From IMG/VR virus record IMGVR_UViG_3300043410_001242: DNA of 64,000 nucleotides; one strand, 5' to 3'. The DNA is from a virus. Below the pieces are notes generated by a model. It saw only the letters and a program-made list of their open reading frames with translations, made no database searches and was not told the DNA's origin. How positions within the stretch are numbered: position 1 is the first letter of the stretch; each line of letters opens with the position of its first letter. This document shows positions 16,704-25,849 of this stretch, piece after piece. The translations under genes and the position numbers were made by a program.

Positions 16704-17088
16704 TAATGAAACTAAACGCGAATGTCCACATTGCGGTAAAGAAATTGGTGGAGGTAGAGGTAACCTTAAAACTCACATAAACAAATGCAAAACCAAACTT
16801 GGTATTGTAGATGAACCTGAAACCCTTAATGTAATTGAAGGAGATAATATGTCACTTTTTGTTGAAGTAAATTCTGTTGATAAACAATGTCAAGTTATTA
16901 TTAATTTGGATCATGTATTCGAAATCACCCCACTTGTAGCTGGTGGTTGTATTCTGATGTTTAATGATGGTGCAGGTAAGTATGATATGAAGGTATCAGA
17001 TTCTTATGAATTGTTCCGTCAGTTTGCTATGCAGACTGTATCATCTGAAGACATTCAAAAGAAGATTGAATCTATTAAGAAGTCGTAA
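16693..17088 (+). CDS. Zn-finger protein with probable internal start at 16849
   Basis: CPHCGK...HINKC; AAGGAG RBS before in-frame ATG 16849. Confidence 0.6.
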   Translation: MPFDNETKRECPHCGKEIGGGRGNLKTHINKCKTKLGIVDEPETLNVIEGDNMSLFVEVNSVDKQCQVIINLDHVFEITPLVAGGCILMFNDGAGKYDMKVSDSYELFRQFAMQTVSSEDIQKKIESIKKS

Positions 17089-17128
17089 TGGTTGACTTCT
17101 AATTGTCTTTTGTGATATACTATACATT

Positions 17129-17683
17129 ATGAATATTTTTTATCTTGACAAAGATGTTAGTCGTTGTGCCGAAATGCATAACGACAAGCATTGTATTAAA
17201 ATGATTCTTGAATATGCTCAACTTCTTTCTACTTCTCATAGGGTCATCGACGGTACTTTGTCTGTTGAATTATCTAATAACGGACGTAAACGAAAGGTCT
17301 TTCGGTTACCTGATGGTAGGGATAATGTTCTGTATTCTGCTACTCACATCAACCACCCTTCGGCTATTTGGGTAAGACAATCTCTTGATAATTATTTTTG
17401 GTTGTTTGACTTGTGGATCGAACTCATGAAGGAATACACTTATCGTTATGGCAAAAATCATAAGTGTGAATTTCTTATTGATACACTATCATTTGCACCT
17501 GATAATATTTCTAGTGGTCTATTCACTGAACCAACACCAGCTATGCCTGATGATATAAAAGTACCAGGTGACTCTATTGCATCTTACAGAAATTACTATA
17601 TAAAGAATAAGACACATCTGGCTTCATGGTCAGGTAAAGTAAATTCACGTCCAATTCCACAGTGGTATCAAAATGCAGGATAA
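17129..17683 (+). CDS. pyrimidine-dimer DNA glycosylase-like protein (DenV-related)
   Basis: MNIFYLD, DKHCIKMILEYAQLLST, THINHPS, EYTYRYGKNH, PAMPD, YRNYY. Confidence 0.8.
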   Translation: MNIFYLDKDVSRCAEMHNDKHCIKMILEYAQLLSTSHRVIDGTLSVELSNNGRKRKVFRLPDGRDNVLYSATHINHPSAIWVRQSLDNYFWLFDLWIELMKEYTYRYGKNHKCEFLIDTLSFAPDNISSGLFTEPTPAMPDDIKVPGDSIASYRNYYIKNKTHLASWSGKVNSRPIPQWYQNAG

Positions 17684-18260
17684 TTTAGATGAATACTATT
17701 ACTTCTCTACACCTATCTTTAGAGAAGAGAATTTAGACTTTTTGGAAGATTTAAATAATCTTTGTGATGAAAAATTGTCTGAATGCCAAGACGATGAAAT
17801 CTGTAATCATGTCCTTCTTGAACCAGACTCAAGGTTGGATGGATTTTGCACACACTTAAATCAGACTGGTTGGGATCTGTTAGTACTCCAGGGTTATGAC
17901 CTTGACAATTTTGAGACCTATACTGGTGATTTATGGTTACATGAACACAAGAAGAATTCATATGTGGATACTCATTCACATGGTTTTGGCGCACAGATAT
18001 CCGGTTTCTATGTATTAAATTGTGGGGATGATTCACCTAAGATGGTTATTCATGATCCTAGACCAACTAAGGTACATTCACAACCACCAGAAAAAGATTG
18101 TTGTGACTTGACATATGCATCAACAAAGGTCAATTTTACTTTGAGTAAAGGACATATGTTCTTTATGAATTCTTGGTTGCAACATTCATTTAATATGAAT
18201 TTTTCTGATACAAGTCTAAGATTCATACACTTTAACTTATACCTACAACCAAAGTCGTAA
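17673..18260 (+). CDS. putative 2OG-Fe(II) oxygenase (TIGR02466-like)
   Basis: FSTPI, HSH...ISGFY, HDPRP, SWLQH, terminal R.IHFN. Confidence 0.75.
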   Translation: MQDNLDEYYYFSTPIFREENLDFLEDLNNLCDEKLSECQDDEICNHVLLEPDSRLDGFCTHLNQTGWDLLVLQGYDLDNFETYTGDLWLHEHKKNSYVDTHSHGFGAQISGFYVLNCGDDSPKMVIHDPRPTKVHSQPPEKDCCDLTYASTKVNFTLSKGHMFFMNSWLQHSFNMNFSDTSLRFIHFNLYLQPKS

Positions 18261-18264
18261 AAAT

Positions 18265-18546
18265 ATGCCAACTTATCAATTCTTAAATAAAGAAACAAAT
18301 GAGGTTGAAGAATATCTCATGTCTTATACCAAACTTGAGGAGTTTAAGGAACAAAATCCTCATTTGGAACGATACTTTACACCAGAAAATCTACCAGTTT
18401 TCGGTGATGGTATGCGTATGAATGTTCCTGGTATTAGTGGAGGCGATCCTGCGTTTGAGCATGGTGTTATTGAAAGGATTAAACAAACTGTTCCGGGTAA
18501 CAACCTAGGCAACACCCACAAAACAAGAGGTTCAAAGTGGGTATAA
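18265..18546 (+). CDS. FmdB-like small protein of T4-like phages
   Basis: MPTYQF.NKET.EVEE...NPHL; typical position upstream of phoH. Confidence 0.65.
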   Translation: MPTYQFLNKETNEVEEYLMSYTKLEEFKEQNPHLERYFTPENLPVFGDGMRMNVPGISGGDPAFEHGVIERIKQTVPGNNLGNTHKTRGSKWV

Positions 18547-18567
18547 TAACAACCATAAAGGAACAAT

Positions 18568-19269
18568 ATGGCAACAAAGAAAAGGACCGCGGCCGAAGAA
18601 GCACAAAAACAACACTTTTCAATTAGAAACATACAACCATTAACAGAGAATCAAGAGAGAGCGTTTCAAGCATATTTTAACGGTAAACACATAGCCTTAA
18701 CTGGTTCAGCAGGAACTGGTAAATCATTTCTTGCAATGTATTTGGCATTAAAGGAAATTATTAAAGAAAATGGTCAAGGTTATAATAGGTTAATTATCGT
18801 AAGGTCGGCAGTTCCGACAAGAGACTTGGGTTTTGTGCCTGGTACACTAGAAGAAAAGTCTAAGATATATCAAGATCCTTATAAAAATATAGCTAATGAA
18901 TTAATTGGGAGAGGCGATGCGTGGCATTTTCTTATTAACAAAGAGATTATCGAATTTCAGACAACTTCTTTCTTACGTGGTCTTACTTTCAATGATTGTA
19001 TCATTATCTTTGATGAGTTTCAGTCTGCTACATTTCATGAAATAGATACTGTACTAACTCGTATAGGTGAGAATTGCAGATTCATTCTTTGCGGTGACTT
19101 TAACCAGAATGATTTGAGTATTAAGAGAGAGAAATCTGGATTTGAAACTGCTTTAAATATATTGAAAAATATGGAAGATGTTGAAGAAATCAGATTTACT
19201 ATATCTGATGTTGTTAGGTCTGGTTTCGTTAAAAATTATTTACATGAAAAAGAGAGACAAGGATTATAA
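18568..19269 (+). CDS. phoH: PhoH-like ATPase
   Basis: PLTENQ, GSAGTGKS, RSAVPTRDLGFVPG, FLRGLTF, DEFQ, TRIGE, GDFNQ, DVVRSG. Confidence 0.95.
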   Translation: MATKKRTAAEEAQKQHFSIRNIQPLTENQERAFQAYFNGKHIALTGSAGTGKSFLAMYLALKEIIKENGQGYNRLIIVRSAVPTRDLGFVPGTLEEKSKIYQDPYKNIANELIGRGDAWHFLINKEIIEFQTTSFLRGLTFNDCIIIFDEFQSATFHEIDTVLTRIGENCRFILCGDFNQNDLSIKREKSGFETALNILKNMEDVEEIRFTISDVVRSGFVKNYLHEKERQGL

Positions 19270-19270
19270 T

Positions 19271-19453
19271 ATGGAAGAAAAAATGATTAATTTGGAGATT
19301 CCGATCTCTGAATTGAATAGACTTTTTGCTGTGCTGGCTGAACAGAAGTCAGTTTATGAACAAAAATACACACATGTTAATTCTTTGATTACATTACTTC
19401 AAAAACAATCTGTTGCTCAGATTAGTGATATTGCAAACGGCGAAAATGTTTAA
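19271..19453 (+). CDS. hypothetical protein
   Basis: ATG 19271 directly after the phoH stop. Confidence 0.5.
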   Translation: MEEKMINLEIPISELNRLFAVLAEQKSVYEQKYTHVNSLITLLQKQSVAQISDIANGENV

Positions 19454-20120
19454 TTATTGTCCTCCTATGATTTTGCCTGACCTGGTGTCTGAAACCAGGT
19501 CAGATGGCAGCAGAGTCTATGTCACACCTGAAGGAGAAAGTTTCTCCTCCGTCACCACCGTGGTAGGACACCACAAGAAAAAAGTGATCGCAGAGTGGAG
19601 AAACAAGGTAGGTCACGAAACTGCCAACAAAATCTCAGCACAATCATCTAAACGCGGTACAGGGGTGCATACACTTTGTGAACGGTATTTAATGAATGAG
19701 AAGACCATTGGAAAGGGTGTCATGCCGGATGCCCTTGAAATGTTTAGGTCTATTCAACCACATCTCAACAAGATCAATAATATTCACTACCTTGAACAGG
19801 CATTATGGTCCAAACAATTACAATTAGCTGGAAGAGTGGATTGTATTGCAGAATATGAAGGTCTTCTGTCTATTATCGACTTCAAAACTTCTAGAAAAAT
19901 TAAAACACTAGAACAAATTACAGATTATTTCTGGCAAACTACAGCCTATGCCTTAATGTATGAAGAACTGGTAGGTCAACCGATTGATAATCTAGTTATT
20001 ATCATGGCTGTAGAACACGAACAACCGTTAATCTTTCAACAAAAAACGGAAAAACATATTGAAGGTTTGGTAAAAGTAATACATGACTACAGAACAGAGA
20101 CTAACAGAGTTCAAAGATAG
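19446..20120 (+). CDS. PD-(D/E)XK (Cas4-like) exonuclease
   Basis: SVTT, RGTGVH, E..LWS, AGRVDCIAEY, IIDFKTS, QTTAYALM. Confidence 0.88.
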   Translation: MFNYCPPMILPDLVSETRSDGSRVYVTPEGESFSSVTTVVGHHKKKVIAEWRNKVGHETANKISAQSSKRGTGVHTLCERYLMNEKTIGKGVMPDALEMFRSIQPHLNKINNIHYLEQALWSKQLQLAGRVDCIAEYEGLLSIIDFKTSRKIKTLEQITDYFWQTTAYALMYEELVGQPIDNLVIIMAVEHEQPLIFQQKTEKHIEGLVKVIHDYRTETNRVQR

Positions 20121-20265
20121 AATTGAAATCTGTAGAAAATGTGAACATTTAAATACAGTTCTTGTTCAATGTAAAGTATGTGGATGTTTTCTCCACGCAA
20201 AAGCAAGAATGGAAGGTCAAGACTGTCCCAAAGGAAAATGGGTCTTGACAAAAGGAGAGGAATGA
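20083..20265 (+). CDS. small Cys-rich (DUF6171-like) protein
   Basis: R.EICRKC...CKVCGC...KA...CPKGKW. Confidence 0.7.
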   Translation: MTTEQRLTEFKDRIEICRKCEHLNTVLVQCKVCGCFLHAKARMEGQDCPKGKWVLTKGEE

Positions 20266-20273
20266 TATATAAT
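20245..20273 (+). promoter_or_regulatory. sigma70 promoter of tmRNA
   Basis: Perfect TTGACA-N17-TATAAT. Confidence 0.85.
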
Positions 20274-20279
20274 ACAAGG

Positions 20280-20601
20280 ATTCGTTGATGTTGACAAAAT
20301 AGGTCACCTTGGACGGGAGTTCGACTCTCCCCACCTCCACCAAAAGCACATTGGGCACCCTGGTTAACGATAACACCTGAACCCAATCTTAATCATTGTA
20401 ACAGTGTGCTTCTGATGGGGGTGTATTGGTTTTCGACAGGGGATAGTAAAGGTCAACGGAGAATCGGCAAAGCTAAAGTCGTTAGGATTGGGAGTTCCCG
20501 GTCAAAGAGGCAAATTAAATTAAACGCAAACGATGACGTTTATTCTTACGCACTAGCTGCTTAAGCGGGGTTTGGGGGTTCCTTGTCAAATAATACCCCC
20601 T
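20280..20601 (+). ncRNA. ssrA: circularly permuted (two-piece) tmRNA; tag (A)ANDDVYSYALAA
   Basis: T-arm GGGAG-TTCGACT-CTCCC, then CACCTCC-A-CCA (to 20342), precede the 5' strand GGGGGTG (20417). 7-bp acceptor stem with G3:U70; tag frame 20526-20564. Ends are approximate. Confidence 0.92.
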
Positions 20602-20618
20602 CTAATTTTGAGGGTGAC

Positions 20619-21236
20619 ATGAGTTTTTCTGAAGATGGTTTTGAAGTAGTAAGATCCTTCATAAATCCACAAACAATGAATCTATTGAAGCACGAATATC
20701 ATACACTACTGGACTTATTGTTTGAAAATCAAACATATAGTGAACAATCTATCAAGTTTCCAACAGGAGAAGTACTGACCTGTTTCAATTGGTATTCTCC
20801 AGTATTCACTGAATCTCTGTCCAAGTTATTGCAAAATAAAGTAGAAGAAATTGTAGAAAAGAAATTAGTTCCAACATACAGTATGGTGAGAACCTATAAA
20901 ACTGGAGATGAATTATATAAACACAGAGACAGGCCGAGTTGTCAATACTCTGTTACTATGCCAATATTGACATCTATTAATTGGCCTATATACATAACTG
21001 ATAGAAAAAATGTTAACAGAAAAGTATACCTAAACGAAGGTGATATGCTTGTTTATGATGGTTTTCTGGAACATTGGAGAGAAAAATATGAAGGTGAAAA
21101 ACACACACAATGCTTCCTACATTGGGTTGACGTTAATGGAAAATATAAATACCTAAAATATGACGGAAGAGCCAATTTAGCTCTACCAATGGTGAAAATA
21201 ACAGAAGAAAATGAAGCTTTCTTCAACAAACACTAA
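20619..21236 (+). CDS. putative 2OG-Fe(II) oxygenase
   Basis: LVPTYSMVRTY, HRDRPSC, WPIY, GDMLVY, HWRE, QCFLHWV. Confidence 0.75.
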   Translation: MSFSEDGFEVVRSFINPQTMNLLKHEYHTLLDLLFENQTYSEQSIKFPTGEVLTCFNWYSPVFTESLSKLLQNKVEEIVEKKLVPTYSMVRTYKTGDELYKHRDRPSCQYSVTMPILTSINWPIYITDRKNVNRKVYLNEGDMLVYDGFLEHWREKYEGEKHTQCFLHWVDVNGKYKYLKYDGRANLALPMVKITEENEAFFNKH

Positions 21237-21409
21237 TCAGCAGGTAACAAATCACATTAGATTATGCAATTTTGATTCAAACGGGATCTTACAAATCCCA
21301 TTCCTAAAACACTCCAAAATATAAAAAGCGAAAAAGTCTATTCGTAACTGGAGACCAAGAGGCTTCAGGGATTGATCCCTTTGCCTCGTAATCGAGAGGT
21401 AAGAAAACG

Positions 21410-21766
21410 ATGTATTCGAAACATCTAAAATCTAAACTTTTGTCATTTCTTTTTATGACATTGTTATCAAGTAACTTATTAGCAGACCAGATAGGTATTG
21501 CATCCTGGTATGGAATTCCACATCACGGAAAAAAGACCGCATCAGGTGAACGGTATAATATGCATGGACTGTCGGCTGCACATAGAAAAATCAAATTAGG
21601 TACAAAGGTAAAAGTAACTAATCTTGAAAATAACAAATCAGTAATTGTCAAGATCAATGATCGGGGACCTTTTGTTCGTGGTAGAATACTTGATTTATCA
21701 CTAGGTGCCAAAAAAGTATTAGACATGGATGGAACCACCAAAGTGTCAATTAAAATTTTAGATTGA
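21410..21766 (+). CDS. RlpA-like lytic transglycosylase (DPBB domain)
   Basis: GIASWYG, TASGERY, AAHR, VTNLEN, INDRGPF, RILDLS. Confidence 0.9.
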   Translation: MYSKHLKSKLLSFLFMTLLSSNLLADQIGIASWYGIPHHGKKTASGERYNMHGLSAAHRKIKLGTKVKVTNLENNKSVIVKINDRGPFVRGRILDLSLGAKKVLDMDGTTKVSIKILD

Positions 21767-21791
21767 CATTGATTCTCCTTTGTGATATAAT
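21763..21791 (+). promoter_or_regulatory. sigma70-type promoter
   Basis: TTGACA-N17-TATAAT. Confidence 0.75.
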
Positions 21792-21815
21792 TACATTTTT
21801 AGAAGTGATATTACT

Positions 21816-22046
21816 ATGGCCTCCAAACCAAACATAGAAGAAATAAAAAAGTTTAGTCTGATGATAGACGAACTGGCATCCGAATTGGGTTGTACCCGAT
21901 TGGATGCCATATTGTTTCATTGTGATAAGACTGGATTAGAAGTTGAGGTTGCAAGTACCTTGATTTCTAATGCTCTTAAATCCAGAATACGCGAAGAATC
22001 TGAACGTGAAAACCTAGTTAAGAGGAGTTCAAGACTGCCTATATGA
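21816..22046 (+). CDS. gp33: late transcription coactivator (T4 gp33-like)
   Basis: LDAILFHC...EVEVASTLISNALKSRI...RLPI; synteny with gp59-gp32. Confidence 0.85.
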   Translation: MASKPNIEEIKKFSLMIDELASELGCTRLDAILFHCDKTGLEVEVASTLISNALKSRIREESERENLVKRSSRLPI

Positions 22047-22663
22047 ATCTAGAAGAAAATACGGGGTTTGCAGCCTATGCAATATACAACGCTATTCATC
22101 TACACTTCACCAGCAGTTCTTATAATTTTCAAAAATATAATGGTAAGACTAACGTATCAAAAGATTCCTTTCTAAAACGAAAGGACAAATACCACTTCTA
22201 TAAACTGTCTAGAAAGTATTCAATTGAAGAATTAAAAGACTTCTTTATTGCAAATTTCTTAGACACTAGTGTGAAGTGGGTAGGTGATATTTCGGGTGAA
22301 GAAGGTGAAAAGTCCTACTTAAAATGGAAGAAACGCAAAGAGAGTTTGTCTTATATTTTCCAGAATGATATTGATTTCTTATTGGATCAGGTAAAGAAAC
22401 CAGATCATCTTCTGGTTGTTAAGTCAGGTAACTATCCTAAACTACTTGAGGTAACAATGCAAGGTAGAGTTGAGGTAGAAACCACCTGCATTCTTAATGA
22501 CATGATGAACTTCTTACCTATGTGGAACAAAAAGATAACGGATGATATTATCTGGCCAGACTGGAGAATGAAAATAGATAAGTATACACCATTCATCGAA
22601 TATAACAAAACTAAATATAAATTATTGTTGACAAAGAAGATTAAAGACCATGAAGAAACCTGA
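22043..22663 (+). CDS. gp59: helicase loader (T4 gp59-like)
   Basis: AIHLHFT..YNFQKYNGK, RKDKYHFYKLSRK, KYTPF. Confidence 0.9.
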   Translation: MNLEENTGFAAYAIYNAIHLHFTSSSYNFQKYNGKTNVSKDSFLKRKDKYHFYKLSRKYSIEELKDFFIANFLDTSVKWVGDISGEEGEKSYLKWKKRKESLSYIFQNDIDFLLDQVKKPDHLLVVKSGNYPKLLEVTMQGRVEVETTCILNDMMNFLPMWNKKITDDIIWPDWRMKIDKYTPFIEYNKTKYKLLLTKKIKDHEET

Positions 22664-23144
22664 TGTTAGTGTTATTTACGTTGATATGGATGGAGTCATT
22701 GCAGACTTCAGAAAGGCATATCTTGAGATGTTTAATGTCGATCCTATGGATTCTCACTTACACAAGTCCATGAGAAAGAATTGGGATAAGTTTGTTGATG
22801 AAGGTGGCTTCACCGAATTGGACCTTATGCCAGATGCAATGATTGGCCTTAACTATCTTAAAACAATAAAGAATATTCCTATTGAGATTCTATCATCCAC
22901 TGCAAATGAGAAGCAGTATGATATGATCTCATCTCAAAAGAAAAAGTGGTTGGAAAACCACAAAATCAACTATCCTGCAAATTTTGTTCCTGGTAAAAGG
23001 TACAAGAGAGATTATGCAGAGAAAGGTGCCATTCTCATTGATGATACTTTAGAAACAATCGAGCAATGGAACGAATCTGGTGGTGTTGGTATCTATCACA
23101 CCGACTGGATAACGACTACAACCATTTTGAACATGTATATATAA
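22650..23144 (+). CDS. HAD-family 5'(3')-nucleotidase-like protein
   Basis: YVDMDGVIADF, ILIDD, WNESGGVGI. Confidence 0.85.
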   Translation: MKKPDVSVIYVDMDGVIADFRKAYLEMFNVDPMDSHLHKSMRKNWDKFVDEGGFTELDLMPDAMIGLNYLKTIKNIPIEILSSTANEKQYDMISSQKKKWLENHKINYPANFVPGKRYKRDYAEKGAILIDDTLETIEQWNESGGVGIYHTDWITTTTILNMYI

Positions 23145-23148
23145 TTGG

Positions 23149-23177
23149 TTGACAGTTGTTTTTTGTTATGTTATAAT
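23149..23177 (+). promoter_or_regulatory. sigma70-type promoter of gp32
   Basis: TTGACA-N17-TATAAT. Confidence 0.75.
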
Positions 23178-23237
23178 ACGTTTTTTATTATGATTAAGTG
23201 GACAATCCGATAATACACCGTTATATAGAGGTATAAA

Positions 23238-24140
23238 ATGTCATTTGCAAATCTTAAGCGTCAATCAGGCAATTTGGATAAGTTAGCTAAGGCGCTTGAA
23301 CAAATCAGTTCTTCAAACGAAGGTGCAGGTAATCAGGACAATTTCTGGAAACCTGAAGTTGATAAGGCAGGCAATGGTCTTGCAACAATTCGTTTTCTCC
23401 CAGCACCAGAAGTCGATGGTGATGATTCTCTGCCTTGGGTAAAGATCTTCACACATGGTTTCCAAGGTCCAGGCGGATGGTTTATTGATAACTGTCTGAC
23501 CACCAAGAATCAGCAATGCCCTGTTTGTGAATCAAACTCTGCATTGTGGAACTCTGGCATCGAAGCAAACAAGCAGATTGCTCGTGATCGTAAACGTAGA
23601 CTTTCATATATTGCTAATGTCTACATCGTTTCTGATCCTAAACACCCAGAAAACGAAGGTCAAGTAAAACTGTTTAAGTTTGGTAAGAAGATCTTCGATA
23701 AGATCACCGAAGCAATGAATCCTCCTTTTGAGGATGAAACTCCTATCAATCCCTTTGATATGTGGGCAGGTGCAAACTTTAAGTTGAAGATTCGTAAGGT
23801 GGCTGGTTATCAGAACTATGATTCATCTGAATTTGAAGATTCATCCGTTCTTGGTAACTTTGATGATGCCAAGTTGGAATCAATCTGGAAGATGGAACAC
23901 TCACTGCAAGAACTGGTTTCTGATAAGGAATTCAAGTCTTATGATGATCTCAAGAAGAGGTTGGATCGAGTCCTAGGTCAGGCGGTAGAACGTCCTAAGA
24001 CCACAGTGGAAACCATCAAGGAACAAACTCGTTCACAACCAGTTAAGGATGAACGTGATGACACTCCTTGGGAAGACACTTCAACAGTAGAGGAAGATGA
24101 CGATATGGCATACTTCAGAAACTTGGCTGAAGAAGATTAA
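23238..24140 (+). CDS. gp32: single-stranded DNA-binding protein (T4 gp32-like)
   Basis: FWKPEVDKAGNG, IRFLPAP, HGFQGPGGW, CLTT..CPVC, FGKKIFDKI, acidic tail. Confidence 0.97.
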   Translation: MSFANLKRQSGNLDKLAKALEQISSSNEGAGNQDNFWKPEVDKAGNGLATIRFLPAPEVDGDDSLPWVKIFTHGFQGPGGWFIDNCLTTKNQQCPVCESNSALWNSGIEANKQIARDRKRRLSYIANVYIVSDPKHPENEGQVKLFKFGKKIFDKITEAMNPPFEDETPINPFDMWAGANFKLKIRKVAGYQNYDSSEFEDSSVLGNFDDAKLESIWKMEHSLQELVSDKEFKSYDDLKKRLDRVLGQAVERPKTTVETIKEQTRSQPVKDERDDTPWEDTSTVEEDDDMAYFRNLAEED

Positions 24141-24149
24141 TCTCCTAAT

Positions 24150-24178
24150 AAAAACCCCGCTTCGGCGGGGTTTCTTTT
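24150..24178. terminator. bidirectional intrinsic terminator between convergent blocks
   Basis: AAAAACCCCGC-TTCG-GCGGGGTTTCTTTT. Confidence 0.9.
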
Positions 24179-25839
24179 TATCTATAACTTACCAATTGGT
24201 CATTTCGGACCTTTTTTTCTCCATTAAGTTGATATGAGGTACTACCTCTCACATTTGTACTGATGTTATTGTTTGTGTTAAATATAGGTTGATCAGTTAT
24301 TGATCCTATAGTCAATCTTTCATTCTGGGACATAACATCATTATATCTTGTTCCTGTTGGTGATGCCAATGTCATTTGTTCGGCCACAGATTTGTCAATA
24401 TATTTTTTTATACTGGTTATCTGTTCCAAAGACCAATCACCCCATGACATATCAACACCCCATTGGCCACCTTGTTCTTGCACATAGTCTCTGGCTCTTT
24501 GTGTGGTGTTTCTTTCAAACCATTGTCCTATAGATTCATCTGTTCCCCATTGACCGCCATGTTTTTTATTATATTCAATTGATTGTTGTCGTAGTTCTTC
24601 AAATGATGTTGGTATTTCAATATCATTCCTTTCAATATAGTCAATTGCTTTCTCCACAGCAAAAGAACCACCTATACCACCAACAATAGCACCTACCGCT
24701 GTTCCAAACACTGGTACAATTGAACCTATCATTGCACCTAAGGCCGCACCTCCTGCACCTCCAAGACCTGTAGCCACTATCTTTGACAGTTCCTTTTTGG
24801 CTTCTGTGTCTGAAATTTCACCTTTACTATGTTTATAGTATAGAGTACCAACTTCATAAGCAAGAGTCGCAAGGCCTACGGCACCTAAAATCTTTCCAAA
24901 TTTACTTATAGTTTTGGCCACTTTCGAAGAAGTCTTTTCAACTTTTTCAGCAGTTGGTTTTGGTTCTTCAACCGTTGGTTCAACCGGTTTTGGTTGGGAT
25001 CTCTGTTCTTGTGATTTCTTAAATCTTTCACTGCCTCTAGTTGGTTTTTTTGTTTGTTTGGTTGCTTTTCCAGTACCCTTTTCACCTTTCGTCTTTTCTT
25101 TGGGTTTCTCCGGTTCTTCAACCTTTGGTTGATCAATCTTAGTGCCTTTTGGTGGTTTAGGACCTTTTGGTGGTTTTTTCGGTTTTCTCATTAATGCTTT
25201 TCTGGTAGCCCAAGCCCCGGCACCAGCTGCAAGTAATCCTCCGCCAGCGGCCAGAAGACCACCACCAATACCTTTAACCGTATTAAGAATTGATTCAAAT
25301 GGATTAACTCCATCAGCGGAATCAGCACCTTTACCATCTACTTTAGGAATCAATCCAGCAATCATTGCTTTAAGATTATCGTCAGATTGCTTTCGTATCT
25401 TTTTCTCTTGTTTCAGTAAAGCAAGTTCTTCTTTTTTCTTTCTGTCATGTGATTTCTTTAACAACACATATATTTTGGTGACGATATCTGTGACACCATC
25501 ATCACGTTTTAAAGGAACTACACTACTTGAATTGAAGTGTGCATAAAGTGGATCTTTCGTTCTAGTTCTCTTTTTACCACCAGCAAAATGTTGAATATCT
25601 TCATTTGTTCTGCCCATCATTTTTCCGAGCAAAACGGTTGGAAGCGCGGAGCCTCCCGAAAAAAATTTCACGACATTTAAAGGGTCAAATTTCTCTTTGA
25701 TCCTAGTGCGTTTCGCAGTTATCTTTTGAGAGACAGAAGATCCTATTGATTTACCAATACTTTCATCAGACAACAACTTCTCAACTATCAAATCAGATAG
25801 TGATCTACTACCAACGTTTCTTGCTTCTGAATAATTCAT
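24178..25839 (-). CDS. tape-measure/baseplate-hub-like virion protein, paralog B (Gly-zipper TM region)
   Basis: Located after gp26/gp51; N-terminus shared with 25850-27454; GAAIG-type repeats. Confidence 0.55.
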   Translation of the reverse strand: MNYSEARNVGSRSLSDLIVEKLLSDESIGKSIGSSVSQKITAKRTRIKEKFDPLNVVKFFSGGSALPTVLLGKMMGRTNEDIQHFAGGKKRTRTKDPLYAHFNSSSVVPLKRDDGVTDIVTKIYVLLKKSHDRKKKEELALLKQEKKIRKQSDDNLKAMIAGLIPKVDGKGADSADGVNPFESILNTVKGIGGGLLAAGGGLLAAGAGAWATRKALMRKPKKPPKGPKPPKGTKIDQPKVEEPEKPKEKTKGEKGTGKATKQTKKPTRGSERFKKSQEQRSQPKPVEPTVEEPKPTAEKVEKTSSKVAKTISKFGKILGAVGLATLAYEVGTLYYKHSKGEISDTEAKKELSKIVATGLGGAGGAALGAMIGSIVPVFGTAVGAIVGGIGGSFAVEKAIDYIERNDIEIPTSFEELRQQSIEYNKKHGGQWGTDESIGQWFERNTTQRARDYVQEQGGQWGVDMSWGDWSLEQITSIKKYIDKSVAEQMTLASPTGTRYNDVMSQNERLTIGSITDQPIFNTNNNISTNVRGSTSYQLNGEKKVRNDQLVSYR

Positions 25840-25849
25840 CTAGAATCTC

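Noticed and set aside
20111-20386. Minus-strand ORFs of 91 and 75 aa
   Set aside because: They are antisense translations of the tmRNA T-arm/acceptor and the neighbouring gene.
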